The notes below the pieces were generated by a model that saw nothing but the letters and a program-made list of their open reading frames with translations, was not told where the DNA came from and searched no databases. Both the position numbers and the translations under genes were made by a program. Positions 1 to 9,889 of a stretch of DNA of 64,000 bases are shown here, in pieces. Source of the stretch: Alistipes sp. (GTDB lineage: Bacteria; Bacteroidota; Bacteroidia; Bacteroidales; Rikenellaceae). Each line of letters starts with the position of its first letter. Within the stretch, counting starts at the first letter, position 1. The DNA lies in the NCBI GenBank assembly GCA_017654125.1, contig JAFNYX010000002.1:6188-70187 (forward strand). The letters run 5' to 3'.

Positions 1-223
1 CAACTCGACCAGCCGTTATGAGCGGCGCGTCAGTTGTAGCCACGATACGATCCTCCGAATCGTGATAGACGAAGACCTCCACACTGTCGCCAACCTTCTG
101 CGACAACGACACATAACGATTCGGCAGAAGCATCTCGTTCTGCTCCTCATCCACAAGATAGAGACCATAATCAGACAAGCGTCCGACGGTCAGAGTCTGA
201 ATCTCTCCTACTTTCATCTCCAT
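1..223 (-). CDS. cvfB: CvfB/YitL-family S1 RNA-binding protein, N-terminal part (runs off the window start)
   Basis: Manual minus-strand translation from ATG at 223 gives MEMKVGEIQTLTVGRLSDYGLYLVDEEQNEMLLPNRYVSLSQKVGDSVEVFVYHDSEDRIVATTDAP, which has the CvfB N-terminal pattern (GLYL...LLP..Y...GD.VEVFVY.DSEDR.VATT). Not in the ORF track. Confidence 0.75.
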   Translation of the reverse strand, partial: MEMKVGEIQTLTVGRLSDYGLYLVDEEQNEMLLPNRYVSLSQKVGDSVEVFVYHDSEDRIVATTDAPLITAGRV

Positions 224-361
224 TCAATAATTACACGCCGCAAAGGTATAAAAAACCTACTGAACGAACGAATTTTTCGAGGATTTATATTCGTAGCGGC
301 TCCATAGCTTGCAAAATAGTGAAAAAATGTCTATTTTTGAAATTTCAAAAGAGAGATTAGG

Positions 362-1156
362 ATGATAGGGATGGATTGGCATATAATAGTGATACTCATC
401 GTATCGGGCATTATCGTCGGCATAGTCAATACGTTGGCCGGCGGAGGTTCGATTGTAACCGTCACAATGTTCACAGCTCTCGGACTGCCAATAACCGTTG
501 CCAACGGAACAAACCGTATCGCGGTATTCCTTCAAAACCTCACCTCGACCATCACATTTCTCCGCAAAGGGATGTTCAACCTACGGCACGGATTTCTGCT
601 CTCGATACCCGTCATAATCGGCAATATCGTCGGTTCGCTTGTGGCAACGACAATCGATGACCGCATATTCAAGATATGTTTCGGAGTGATATTAGTCATC
701 ATATTGCTATACCTGATTTTCGACAATCGCATAAAAATCAAGGAGGGTCACAACATCGAAATCAAGCCGTTGCACTATTTGTGGTTTCTGCTCATCGGCT
801 TCTACGGCGGCTACATCTACATCGGTATCGGATACCTGATACTCGCCATCACGCTATGGTCGATGAAGATGGACATCGTAACTGCAAACGCCATAAAGGG
901 TTTCGTGATTTTTATCGCCACACCATTTTCGCTCGCCGTATTTATGATTAACGGCCAAATCGACTATCTGTTCGGCATCCCGCACGGCATCGGCAACATC
1001 ATCGGTTCGTTCTTTGCATCGCACTATGCCGTACATTGGGGCAAGGGATTCATCAAGGCGTTTACGCTGCTGATCGTACTGATTTGTTTCGCTGATTTGG
1101 TGGGACTTATCTCCTTGCACGATTTTTTCTACTCGATGATGACCGTCTGCATGTAA
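362..1156 (+). CDS. Sulfite exporter TauE/SafE family membrane protein
   Basis: Highly hydrophobic 264 aa with [15 protein letters not shown] and GFYGG..G.G motifs. Confidence 0.85.
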   Translation: MIGMDWHIIVILIVSGIIVGIVNTLAGGGSIVTVTMFTALGLPITVANGTNRIAVFLQNLTSTITFLRKGMFNLRHGFLLSIPVIIGNIVGSLVATTIDDRIFKICFGVILVIILLYLIFDNRIKIKEGHNIEIKPLHYLWFLLIGFYGGYIYIGIGYLILAITLWSMKMDIVTANAIKGFVIFIATPFSLAVFMINGQIDYLFGIPHGIGNIIGSFFASHYAVHWGKGFIKAFTLLIVLICFADLVGLISLHDFFYSMMTVCM

Positions 1157-1184
1157 TTTTATCGCAGAGCAAAAACAGCACAAG

Positions 1185-4019
1185 ATGAACGACACCATAA
1201 AAATCGAAGGCGCACGAGTCCACAACCTCAAAAATGTGGATATAGAGATACCTCGTAACGCTCTGGTAGTGGTTACCGGTCTGTCCGGCAGTGGTAAATC
1301 GTCGCTTGCATTCGACACTATATACGCCGAGGGTCAGCGTCGCTATATGGAGACACTATCGACCTATGCTCGTCAGTTCATCGGCTCCATGGAGCGTCCC
1401 GACGTGGATAAAATATCGGGACTCAGTCCAGTCGTTGCAATCGAACAAAAGACCACAAACAAAAATCCGCGCTCGACAGTCGGAACTGTCACCGAAATCA
1501 ACGACTTCCTGCGACTGCTCTATGCTCGCGCTTCACGCGCCTACTCTCCCGCAACGGGAGAGCCAATGACGCATTATACCGACGAGCAGATTATCGATCT
1601 CATATTTTCGGAGTACGCTGACCGCAAAATAGCCCTGCTCGCTCCCGTTGTCAAAGAGCGCAAGGGCCACTATCGCGAACTCTTCGAATCGTTCGCCAAG
1701 CGCGGCTACCTCTATGCACGCATCGACGGTGAAATTCGCGAATTTCGAGCAGGCGAACGATTGGACCGATATAAGACCCACTCCATAGAGTTAGTCATCG
1801 ACCGTATGGCGGTAGTCGATGATGCCCGCGAACGTATGGCAAAATCTATCGCCGAGGCGATGCGTCAAGGTAAAGGCACAATGGGATTGCACGACTATTC
1901 GACAGGAGAAATGCGATACTACTCGCGCCATCTGATGTGTCCGACAACAGGTGTCGCATTCGAGGACCCGGAACCATACACCTTCTCGTTCAACTCACCA
2001 AAGGGTGCTTGTCCGCGATGCAATGGATTGGGCGAAGAGGCGGTATTCGATATCGAAAAAATCATTCCAGATGAGAGTCGCTCGCTGCGCGAAGGCGGTA
2101 TCACTCCACTTGGCAAGGGGCGCGAAAATGCACTATTCGCCACAATCGAGGCTCTTGGGCGCAGACACGGATTTACGCTCGACGAGCCTATTGCCGACAT
2201 CTCGGAGGAGGGACGCAACGCCATCCTGTATGGCGACCCTGAACCGGTCACAGTAAACCTCGCCGACTTTTCGTATCAGCGCGGTATGCAGATGCGTACG
2301 TGGGAGGGATTGGCCGAATACATCAACTCGACACTCTCGGGTGATGACGATGATACGCGACGCGGCGAGAAATGGCGCGAGCAGTTTGTCGTCTATCGCA
2401 AATGTTCGCAATGTGGAGGCAGTCGTCTGAAATCCGAAGCATTACACTTCCGCATTGGCGACAAAAATATAGCACAACTCTCATCGATGTCGATATCCAC
2501 CCTCGCGGAGTGGATGACACACATTGAAGATTGTTTCACGACGCGAGAGCGAGCCGTAGCACAAGAGATTGTCAAAGAGATTCGTGAACGACTACGTTTT
2601 TTGGTTGATGTCGGATTGGGTTATCTGTCGCTCGACCGCGCAACACGTTCGCTTTCGGGCGGCGAGAGTCAACGCATACGCCTCGCAACACAAATCGGCT
2701 CGAAACTCGTGAACGTACTCTACATACTCGACGAGCCAAGCATCGGTCTGCACCAGCGCGACAATCGCCGACTGATTCGCACACTCCAAGAGTTGCGCGA
2801 TGCGGGAAACTCGGTAATCGTAGTTGAACACGACGAGGAGATGATGCGTGCAGCAGATTTCATCATCGACGTCGGCCCAAAGGCGGGACGTCGAGGAGGA
2901 CATATCGTAGCAAGCGGCACGTTTGACGACATACTCCATGCGCAGAGCATAACGGCCGACTACCTCTCGGGACGTCGCCGTATCGAAGCGCCCCAACAAC
3001 TGCGTTCGGGCACGGGTGAACAAATCACACTGCGTGGAGCTCGCGGCAACAATCTCAAAGGGATTGACGTCACCTTCCCACTCGGAAAACTTATCTGCAT
3101 AACGGGCGTCAGCGGCTCGGGCAAATCATCGCTCATAAACGAAACACTCGTTCCGATTCTTTCGCGCACGCTCTATCGCTCGTACGACCACCCATTGGAA
3201 TACGATAGCATTGAAGGCATCGAACACATAGACAAACTCGTCGTGGTGGACCAATCCCCTATCGGTCGTTCGCCTCGCAGCAATCCGGCAACCTACTCGA
3301 ACGTCTTTGCCGACATTCGCAAACTCTTCGAGATGACACCCGACGCTCAAATCCGCGGTTTCAAGGCGGGTCGTTTCTCGTTCAATGTCAAGGGTGGCAG
3401 ATGCGAAGAGTGTAGGGGCGCAGGCGTTCAGGTTGTAGAGATGAATTTCCTGCCCGATGTATATGTAAAGTGCAAAGCGTGTGGTGGCAACCGCTACAAC
3501 AAGCAGACGCTCGAAGTGCGATACAAGGGTCGAAATATCAACGACGTGCTGAATATGACGGTCAACATCGCGGTCGAGTTCTTTGAGTCGATTCCGCATA
3601 TTCACCAAAAGTTGAAGGCCATCCAGGATGTTGGTCTCGGCTATCTGACACTCGGCCAACCTTGCACGACGTTATCCGGTGGAGAGAGTCAGCGTATAAA
3701 ACTTTCGTCCGAACTGTCGAAGCGCGACACAGGGCGCACACTCTATATCCTCGACGAGCCGACAACGGGTCTGCATTTCGAGGATATACGCCAACTGCTC
3801 GGCGTTCTCAACGTGCTTGTAGATCGCGGCAATACGGTAATCGTCATCGAACACAATACGGATGTAATAAAGGTGGCGGACCACATTATAGACATCGGCC
3901 CAGAGGGTGGCGAAGCAGGTGGAGAAATCGTCGCGACGGGCACACCGACCGAAATTGCCAACTGCGAGTGTAGCCATACGGGCAAGGTCCTACGAGAGAG
4001 TGTATTCGGTAAAAACTAA
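1185..4019 (+). CDS. uvrA: Excinuclease ABC subunit A
   Basis: GARVHNLKN; two Walker A motifs ([18 protein letters not shown]); two LSGGE signatures; zinc fingers CPRCNG and CEECRG/CKACGG. Confidence 0.99.
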   Translation: MNDTIKIEGARVHNLKNVDIEIPRNALVVVTGLSGSGKSSLAFDTIYAEGQRRYMETLSTYARQFIGSMERPDVDKISGLSPVVAIEQKTTNKNPRSTVGTVTEINDFLRLLYARASRAYSPATGEPMTHYTDEQIIDLIFSEYADRKIALLAPVVKERKGHYRELFESFAKRGYLYARIDGEIREFRAGERLDRYKTHSIELVIDRMAVVDDARERMAKSIAEAMRQGKGTMGLHDYSTGEMRYYSRHLMCPTTGVAFEDPEPYTFSFNSPKGACPRCNGLGEEAVFDIEKIIPDESRSLREGGITPLGKGRENALFATIEALGRRHGFTLDEPIADISEEGRNAILYGDPEPVTVNLADFSYQRGMQMRTWEGLAEYINSTLSGDDDDTRRGEKWREQFVVYRKCSQCGGSRLKSEALHFRIGDKNIAQLSSMSISTLAEWMTHIEDCFTTRERAVAQEIVKEIRERLRFLVDVGLGYLSLDRATRSLSGGESQRIRLATQIGSKLVNVLYILDEPSIGLHQRDNRRLIRTLQELRDAGNSVIVVEHDEEMMRAADFIIDVGPKAGRRGGHIVASGTFDDILHAQSITADYLSGRRRIEAPQQLRSGTGEQITLRGARGNNLKGIDVTFPLGKLICITGVSGSGKSSLINETLVPILSRTLYRSYDHPLEYDSIEGIEHIDKLVVVDQSPIGRSPRSNPATYSNVFADIRKLFEMTPDAQIRGFKAGRFSFNVKGGRCEECRGAGVQVVEMNFLPDVYVKCKACGGNRYNKQTLEVRYKGRNINDVLNMTVNIAVEFFESIPHIHQKLKAIQDVGLGYLTLGQPCTTLSGGESQRIKLSSELSKRDTGRTLYILDEPTTGLHFEDIRQLLGVLNVLVDRGNTVIVIEHNTDVIKVADHIIDIGPEGGEAGGEIVATGTPTEIANCECSHTGKVLRESVFGKN

Positions 4020-4059
4020 ATTTTCGGAGACAAAAATACATTTTTATAAAAAAAATAGA

Positions 4060-4067
4060 TATATTTG
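4060..4067 (+). promoter_or_regulatory. Bacteroidota sigma-A -7 element (TAnnTTTG)
   Basis: TATATTTG in an AT-rich intergenic region about 35 nt upstream of the ATG at 4102. Confidence 0.6.
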
Positions 4068-4101
4068 TATTATCGTAAACAAAAACCAACAATATAAAAC
4101 T

Positions 4102-5262
4102 ATGAAGATTCAACGCATTTTTAAGTGTTTGACAGCCGTAATGCTGACCGCTATGCTCTGCATTACCGCTGATGTTATGGCAAAACCAAAGGAGAAGAAG
4201 GAGAAGATTACCGACCCACGTCTCTTGACAATTATGAAGATGCCAAAGACGACCAAAGAGTCGCAATTCCTCTCGAAGGGCACAGCGCTCAAAACCGCAC
4301 ATCGTGCCGTGCAAGGCTTCGACGTAAGCGACAACGAAGGTACTTTGTGGTTCTCGCAGCCGGGCACGTTCGGCAAATCGCAGCCGGGATTGACGAAGGT
4401 ACACGAGAACTACATCATTCGCGTAAAGAACGGCAAGCGTGAGGCGATGACCGTAAACTATTTCGGTAACGCAAACAACGTCGCAATCGAGAGCACGCCG
4501 GAGGGCGACTATGTATGGTTGGGCAGTTGCGGTACGAAGTGGAAGGGCTCGTACTCCCGCACACGTGCCGTATCGCGTTTCCTCTTCGAGCCAGGTGGCA
4601 CAATCGACAACGGACACGCAGGCGAAACCTACTACATGGGTGGCGAGCGTTACGTTTGGGCTGCTGTCGATGCAGAGAACGACCTGCTCGGTATAACAAC
4701 CCAAAAGGCTGGCGTTGTAAGCATCTTCATCTACTCGCTCTCGGAGGCACGCACGTTGCCGGATACCGATATCAAGGTTAAGACCGAGTGGAAAGGCGAA
4801 AACATCGGCGAGGAGCAGGAGACAGTTGTTCTCACACTCAAAGGCAAGGATTTGACCACGCTCGAACCACTGAGCTCGTTTGTTGTAAACAAGCCGGATG
4901 AGAAGACCGGTGGCAACCCTGCAAAGGATGTGAACTTCTACACGTATCGCGGTTTCGACATCGACAAGGATTATGTATATTTCATCGAGGGTCGTCACAA
5001 TCGTGGTAACTTCAAAGGTAACGGCGAGTCGAAGGCATTTATCACCGTATTCGACCACGCAGGTCGCATCGCATTGCCACGTCGTCGTGTAGGCGTTATC
5101 GCCGACCAGGTATTGCTCGAACTCATGGGCATCACCTCGACCGACTACGCAGATATTTGCGGCATACAGGTTGATGGCAATAAGGCATACATAGCGTTCT
5201 CGGCTTACAACAAGGATGGCCAGAAGAAGGGTCACCGCGCATGTGTTGTCAAGTACGAATAA
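4102..5262 (+). CDS. Secreted hypothetical protein, probable TagC/phage P68 RBP-like beta-propeller
   Basis: Signal peptide MKIQRIFKCLTAVMLTAMLCITADVMA; beta-rich segments VQGFDV..LWFSQ, FGNANNVAIE..YVWL and YRGFDID..YVYFIEG. The true start is ATG 4102, not 3907. Confidence 0.6.
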   Translation: MKIQRIFKCLTAVMLTAMLCITADVMAKPKEKKEKITDPRLLTIMKMPKTTKESQFLSKGTALKTAHRAVQGFDVSDNEGTLWFSQPGTFGKSQPGLTKVHENYIIRVKNGKREAMTVNYFGNANNVAIESTPEGDYVWLGSCGTKWKGSYSRTRAVSRFLFEPGGTIDNGHAGETYYMGGERYVWAAVDAENDLLGITTQKAGVVSIFIYSLSEARTLPDTDIKVKTEWKGENIGEEQETVVLTLKGKDLTTLEPLSSFVVNKPDEKTGGNPAKDVNFYTYRGFDIDKDYVYFIEGRHNRGNFKGNGESKAFITVFDHAGRIALPRRRVGVIADQVLLELMGITSTDYADICGIQVDGNKAYIAFSAYNKDGQKKGHRACVVKYE

Positions 5263-5281
5263 CCGTTATAAATAAAGACAC

Positions 5282-5318
5282 AAAAAAGGTTGCCCCCTTG
5301 TGGCGGGCAACCTTTTTT
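5282..5318. terminator. Bidirectional intrinsic terminator
   Basis: AAAAAAGGTTGCCC-loop-GGGCAACCTTTTTT between convergent genes. Confidence 0.9.
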
Positions 5319-5350
5319 CGTGCTCGGTTTTTACCGGTTGACAAAAGCGA

Positions 5351-6130
5351 CTACTTTCCGAAGTACTTATTGAGCAAATATGCCAAACGATAACCGCCGT
5401 TACGCATTTGGAGATTCACCAAGTCGCGCGACAACTCGACAGTCTGCGGATTGAGAGTTTCGGTGCCAATCGGATTCCACACCATAATCTCTGCACTCTT
5501 CGTTGCGCAATCCTTTGCCCAATCGTGAAAATCGCCACGTTGAATCTTCTTTATTTCGCCCTTCGATGCGTTGTCAATCTGCTCCGCAATCTCGGCAGCT
5601 TGGGTCTTCTTCCAAATCCACTGCGGCATCTTGTCGTAGATGCTATGGAAGGTCTTCTGAGGTTTGCCATTGAGCGTACAAGCCCACTTATAGTTGGAAT
5701 TATGCGGATAGCTGTGCGTCGGGCAGTGTAAATCGCCCACGAAGTGCAATACCATACGGAGGTTGAAAACCACTGCGCTATCGGTCAGACGCTCGTAGTC
5801 GTTCAGGTTGTACTCCGAAACTTTGAGCGAATGCACAACGTCGCCCTTATAAAGACGCGGATTCGGGTCGTAATCGTGATTCTCGTAGGTGCTGTAAACG
5901 TGCCAAGCCGAAGTGTAGGCGATATCCTCATCGCGACGATGCTCGTCCATCCATACGGACTCCTTTTTCAAGTCGTGAGCGATATACTTCGCAATATTAG
6001 CCTTCGCCTTCTCCGTTAAATGGCGCTCGGCAACCGCAATTACCACCTCATGACCACGACGACCCCAACCAAATGCGGTCTGACCACACATTAGGGCTAC
6101 AATCAAAATCAAAATTGTCTTTTTCATCAT
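5351..6130 (-). CDS. Secreted S1/P1 nuclease family protein
   Basis: Signal peptide followed by W-G-R-R-G-H, WMDE, WH, HFVGDLHCP.H and HSIYD Zn-ligand motifs, with the C-terminal GGYRLAYLLN. Confidence 0.9.
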   Translation of the reverse strand: MMKKTILILIVALMCGQTAFGWGRRGHEVVIAVAERHLTEKAKANIAKYIAHDLKKESVWMDEHRRDEDIAYTSAWHVYSTYENHDYDPNPRLYKGDVVHSLKVSEYNLNDYERLTDSAVVFNLRMVLHFVGDLHCPTHSYPHNSNYKWACTLNGKPQKTFHSIYDKMPQWIWKKTQAAEIAEQIDNASKGEIKKIQRGDFHDWAKDCATKSAEIMVWNPIGTETLNPQTVELSRDLVNLQMRNGGYRLAYLLNKYFGK

Positions 6131-6168
6131 TTTTGTTTTTCAGTATCTTACGTTTATTACATTATATA

Positions 6169-6882
6169 CTATATAATATCAAATGCAATCTCCATCATAT
6201 CGGTAAACGTGCGCTCACGCTGTTCGGCGGTCGTATCCTCGTGCGTCACAAGCGAATCGGAAATAGTGCATATGCAGAGTGCTTGATTACCACTACGCGC
6301 AGCATTCATATAGAGAGCCGAAGCCTCCATCTCGACTGCCAGCACACCCATACGCTGCCAACGCTTCCACGCCTCCGGGTCATCGTTGTAGAAAATCTCG
6401 CTCGCAAGAATATTACCCACACGATAGTTCACACCCATCGACTCTGCCTTGTCGGCCGCAGCACGCAACATACCGTAGTCGGCAATAGGAGCATAGGTAC
6501 CCGGCAGGCGATACTGTGCCGCATAGTTCGAATTGTCGCACGCACCCATTGCGATTACGATGTCGCCAACGTGCAAATCGGGATGATACGCACCAGCCGA
6601 ACCGGTACGGATAATACGCTTAACACCATAGAAGTTAAACAACTCGAAAGTGTATATGCCGATGGACGAGATACCCATACCGTGACCCATAACCGAGACA
6701 CGCTTGCCCTTATAGGTACCCGTATAGCAATACATACCGCGCACCTGATTGACAAGAGTCGGATTTTCAAGATAACGCTCTGCCATAAACTTTGCGCGAA
6801 GCGGGTCGCCCGCCATAATTACTCGCTCGGCAATTTCGCCGGCTTTTGCTCCGATATGCGGAGTAGGAGTCATATCTGCCAT
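6169..6882 (-). CDS. deoD: Purine nucleoside phosphorylase, DeoD type
   Basis: TPHI.AK.GEIA, GDPLRAK, GHGMG, R.GSAGA, AVEMEA and TISD motifs. Confidence 0.97.
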   Translation of the reverse strand: MADMTPTPHIGAKAGEIAERVIMAGDPLRAKFMAERYLENPTLVNQVRGMYCYTGTYKGKRVSVMGHGMGISSIGIYTFELFNFYGVKRIIRTGSAGAYHPDLHVGDIVIAMGACDNSNYAAQYRLPGTYAPIADYGMLRAAADKAESMGVNYRVGNILASEIFYNDDPEAWKRWQRMGVLAVEMEASALYMNAARSGNQALCICTISDSLVTHEDTTAEQRERTFTDMMEIAFDII

Positions 6883-6965
6883 AATATCTTCTCGTATTAA
6901 AAATTTTTCACAATATCATCATTTTGCCCGATTAGCTAACTCTGTTTCATTCTCTTCACGCCATC

Positions 6966-8090
6966 CTACTTTACGTAGAACTTATAGATGCAGGTGTGGC
7001 GATACGTCTCGCCGGCACGCAACTCAACCGATGGGAAATCTGGGTGATTCGGCGCATCCGGATAACGCTGCGTCTCGAACACCACCGCTCCACGATACTC
7101 TATCGGACGACGATACTTGCCACAATACGAGCCGTCGAAGAAGTTTCCGCTATAAAACTGCATCGCAATCTGGTCACTCCACACCTCGATACCGCGACCA
7201 CTCTTCGGTTCGTAGAGGTTGGCAAACTTTACAACCTCGCCATTATCCTCGCGGTCGATAATCCAGTTATGGTCGTAACCTGCACCCATACGCAACTGCT
7301 CGTGCTCAGCATTGATACGCTCGCCTATGGTGTGTGGCGTACGGAAATCAAACGGCGTACCCTCGACCGACATAATCTCACCCGTAGGAATAAGACGACT
7401 ATCTACCGGTGTAATGTGCGAGGCCGCAATCGTCAGCTCGTGGTCGAGAATTGTACCACAACCCTCGCCACTCAAATTAAAGAACGAGTGGTGCGAAAGG
7501 TTCATCACGGTCGTCGTATCGGTGACCGCCTCGTACGAGACAACAAACTCGTTGCGTGGCGTAAGGGAGTAGGTCATCTCGATATGGCGATTGCCCGGAA
7601 AACCATCCTGCCCGTCAGGCAACGTACACTCGAAGACGATTTTGCTGTTCGAGTGCGACTTGACACTCCACACGATGCGATCCACACCAAGCAGACCACC
7701 GTGCAAAGTCTGTCCGTTATTGTTGCGCGAGAGGCGATACTCCACACCATCAAGCATCATCCGCCCCTCTGCGATACGGTTAGCAACCGGACCTACGGCA
7801 GAGCCAAGAAAGCGTTCGCCCGTGTTGTTGACATATCGGTCGAGCGACTCATAACCGATAACGATATCTGCTGCATCACCATTACGGTCGGGAGCCCACA
7901 ACGATACCACACGGGCGCCGAAATTGGTCACCTGCATCGTCAGCAAACCCTCCGAAAGCGTATAGAGCGATGTTTTTTTACCATCGACAGTCATCTCAAA
8001 CTGCTCTGGTTCAATGAGTGCCACATCAAAAGATGTGGTCGAGCATCCGGTCAGCAACAGCGCCAGAATTGCCCACAAGGTTCCTTTCAT
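6966..8090 (-). CDS. galM: Aldose 1-epimerase (galactose mutarotase), lipoprotein
   Basis: Lipobox LLTGC; ANRI, LHGG, NLSHHSFFNL, GYDHN, QFYSGN and FETQ..PD.PN motifs. Confidence 0.93.
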   Translation of the reverse strand: MKGTLWAILALLLTGCSTTSFDVALIEPEQFEMTVDGKKTSLYTLSEGLLTMQVTNFGARVVSLWAPDRNGDAADIVIGYESLDRYVNNTGERFLGSAVGPVANRIAEGRMMLDGVEYRLSRNNNGQTLHGGLLGVDRIVWSVKSHSNSKIVFECTLPDGQDGFPGNRHIEMTYSLTPRNEFVVSYEAVTDTTTVMNLSHHSFFNLSGEGCGTILDHELTIAASHITPVDSRLIPTGEIMSVEGTPFDFRTPHTIGERINAEHEQLRMGAGYDHNWIIDREDNGEVVKFANLYEPKSGRGIEVWSDQIAMQFYSGNFFDGSYCGKYRRPIEYRGAVVFETQRYPDAPNHPDFPSVELRAGETYRHTCIYKFYVK

Positions 8091-8212
8091 ATTATCGTCA
8101 TGTTTTGTTGGTCGGCAAAGTCGTCACACTTTGCAACATACAAAACTAATAAAATTTTTACAAATTTGCTAAAATTTCTGCATGATGTAATCCCCTCAAC
8201 CCAAAATTTTCG

Positions 8213-8220
8213 TATATTTG
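8213..8220 (+). promoter_or_regulatory. Bacteroidota -7 promoter element
   Basis: TATATTTG about 20 nt upstream of ATG 8240 in a divergent intergenic region. Confidence 0.55.
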
Positions 8221-8239
8221 TATATAAAACTATTGACTT

Positions 8240-8989
8240 ATGAAAAAATTACTCATTCTACTCTGCATCTTTTGTGCATCTTGCGCTGTAAAAAACAGCA
8301 TCACAACCACACAAGGTGATAAAATCAAAATCGAAGGCACAATCAAGGTTTTGCACATGTGCGATAGCGAGTGGATTCACCGCTACGACGAGAAAGATCT
8401 TGTCAAACTGAACGAACGTGCACGCACCGAGGATAAAGAGTGCGACGTGATGTTCTTCGGTAGTTCGTCCATACGCCGTTGGAAGAGTTTACAGCAGGAT
8501 ATGGCTCCGCTGAAAGTTGTCAATCGCGGCTACGGTGGCGCTACGCTGCGCGACTTGCACCACAATTACGATATCGTGATGGCAGACTACCGTCCAAAAT
8601 GCTTTGTCATCTACTGCGATAACGATCTGCACACCAAAACAACACAGAACATCTCCGTAGGTGAACTCTTCGACCTCTATCGCATGCTCTTCGACCGTTT
8701 GGAGGCCGACTACCCAGGCGTACCGGTATATTTCCTTGCCATGAAACACTGCCAGCGCCGCGAGACAATTCGCGACCGCCAAAACGCTTTCAATATCGTA
8801 ATGAAGGATTATGCCGAACGAAGCCGACAGGTAACATTCGTAGATACATGCTCGGCACTGCTGACGCCGGAGGGAGCAATCGACCCGTCGCTCTTCGTCA
8901 AGGACCGCCTCCACATTAACGAGCAGGGTTACCAGATTTGGACATCCTTACTCAAACCGATGTTGTTAAAGGAGTTGCAAAACAAGTAA
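8240..8989 (+). CDS. SGNH/GDSL-type esterase, predicted lipoprotein
   Basis: FFGSSSIRRW (block I), NRGYGG (block II), DND (block III) and DRLH (block V); lipobox-like CASC. Confidence 0.85.
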   Translation: MKKLLILLCIFCASCAVKNSITTTQGDKIKIEGTIKVLHMCDSEWIHRYDEKDLVKLNERARTEDKECDVMFFGSSSIRRWKSLQQDMAPLKVVNRGYGGATLRDLHHNYDIVMADYRPKCFVIYCDNDLHTKTTQNISVGELFDLYRMLFDRLEADYPGVPVYFLAMKHCQRRETIRDRQNAFNIVMKDYAERSRQVTFVDTCSALLTPEGAIDPSLFVKDRLHINEQGYQIWTSLLKPMLLKELQNK

Positions 8990-9001
8990 ACACACCGCAT
9001 C

Positions 9002-9664
9002 ATGGATGTACGCATAGCCGAAGATTGGAAGCAGATTCTGCAAGCAGAATTTGACAAACCGTACTTTGCCACGCTCACCGATTTCGTGCGTGCCGAGTAT
9101 GCCACCCATCAGGTATTTCCACGCGGGGCAAACATCTTTCGCGCTTTCGACAAGTGCCCGTTTGAGAAGTTGAAGGTTGTCATCATCGGTCAAGACCCAT
9201 ATCATGGCGAAGGGCAGGCAAACGGTCTGTGTTTCTCGGTAAATGACGGTGTAGCATTCCCGCCATCGCTCAAAAACATCTTTACGGAGGTGAGTAGCGA
9301 TATGGGCGTACCCGTTCCGACGAGCGGCAATCTCGACCGCTGGGCAGAGCAGGGCGTACTATTGCTCAATGCCGTACTTACCGTACGTGCGCACGAAGCA
9401 GCATCCCACGCAGGTCGCGGATGGGAGCAGTTTACCGATGCCGTAGTGAGAGCCATTGCCGAGCGCAAGCAGGGCGTGGTTTATATGCTGTGGGGAAGTT
9501 ATGCGCAACGCAAAGGGGCTATTGCCGATCCGTCGCGCAATCTGATACTCAAAGCCGTACACCCGTCACCGCTCTCGGTATATCGTGGATTTTTCGGCTC
9601 ACGACACTTCTCGCAAGCCAACACATACCTCGCAGCGCAGGGTCTCGAACCAATCGTTTGGTAG
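9002..9664 (+). CDS. ung: Uracil-DNA glycosylase family 1
   Basis: GQDPYH, PPSL.NI, GVLLLN and HPSPLS motifs. Confidence 0.98.
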   Translation: MDVRIAEDWKQILQAEFDKPYFATLTDFVRAEYATHQVFPRGANIFRAFDKCPFEKLKVVIIGQDPYHGEGQANGLCFSVNDGVAFPPSLKNIFTEVSSDMGVPVPTSGNLDRWAEQGVLLLNAVLTVRAHEAASHAGRGWEQFTDAVVRAIAERKQGVVYMLWGSYAQRKGAIADPSRNLILKAVHPSPLSVYRGFFGSRHFSQANTYLAAQGLEPIVW

Positions 9665-9714
9665 ATTCGGGTCGAGAGGCAAAAAAAATATCGAAAAAGA
9701 GCTTCGGCTGCAAA

Positions 9715-9746
9715 TTTGCATTTTTCAAACAAGTGATGTATCTTTG
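9715..9746 (+). promoter_or_regulatory. metK promoter (-33 TTTG, -7 TATCTTTG)
   Basis: TTTG at 9715-9718, a 20-nt spacer, then TATCTTTG at 9739-9746. Confidence 0.75.
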
Positions 9747-9756
9747 CAGCCGATTT

Positions 9757-9806
9757 TGTGGAGGGATTTGTACTGATTGCAACCACGGTAAAAAAGTGCT
9801 AAAACA
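9757..9806 (+). promoter_or_regulatory. SAM-II riboswitch aptamer
   Basis: GUGG(P1)-AGG-GAUUUG-UACUGA-UUGCAA-CCAC(P1')-A-rich linker-GUGCUAAAA follows the SAM-II layout (GAUUU...UUGCAA...GCUAAA pseudoknot). It lies just after the promoter and upstream of metK. Confidence 0.85.
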
Positions 9807-9889
9807 GATGCTTACCATTTGTCGCATTGGCGCAGGCAATCCCCTACATCATTTATAGAGATTATTAATTTATAGAACATACCTTAACT

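Noticed and set aside
3886-5235. Long antisense ORFs (e.g. 3886-5235, 6996-8243, 11593-13281, 15040-16251, 24110-25414, 33424-35364, 51064-52494)
   Set aside because: They are shadows of well-supported genes on the opposite strand, produced by codon bias, and carry no recognisable motifs.
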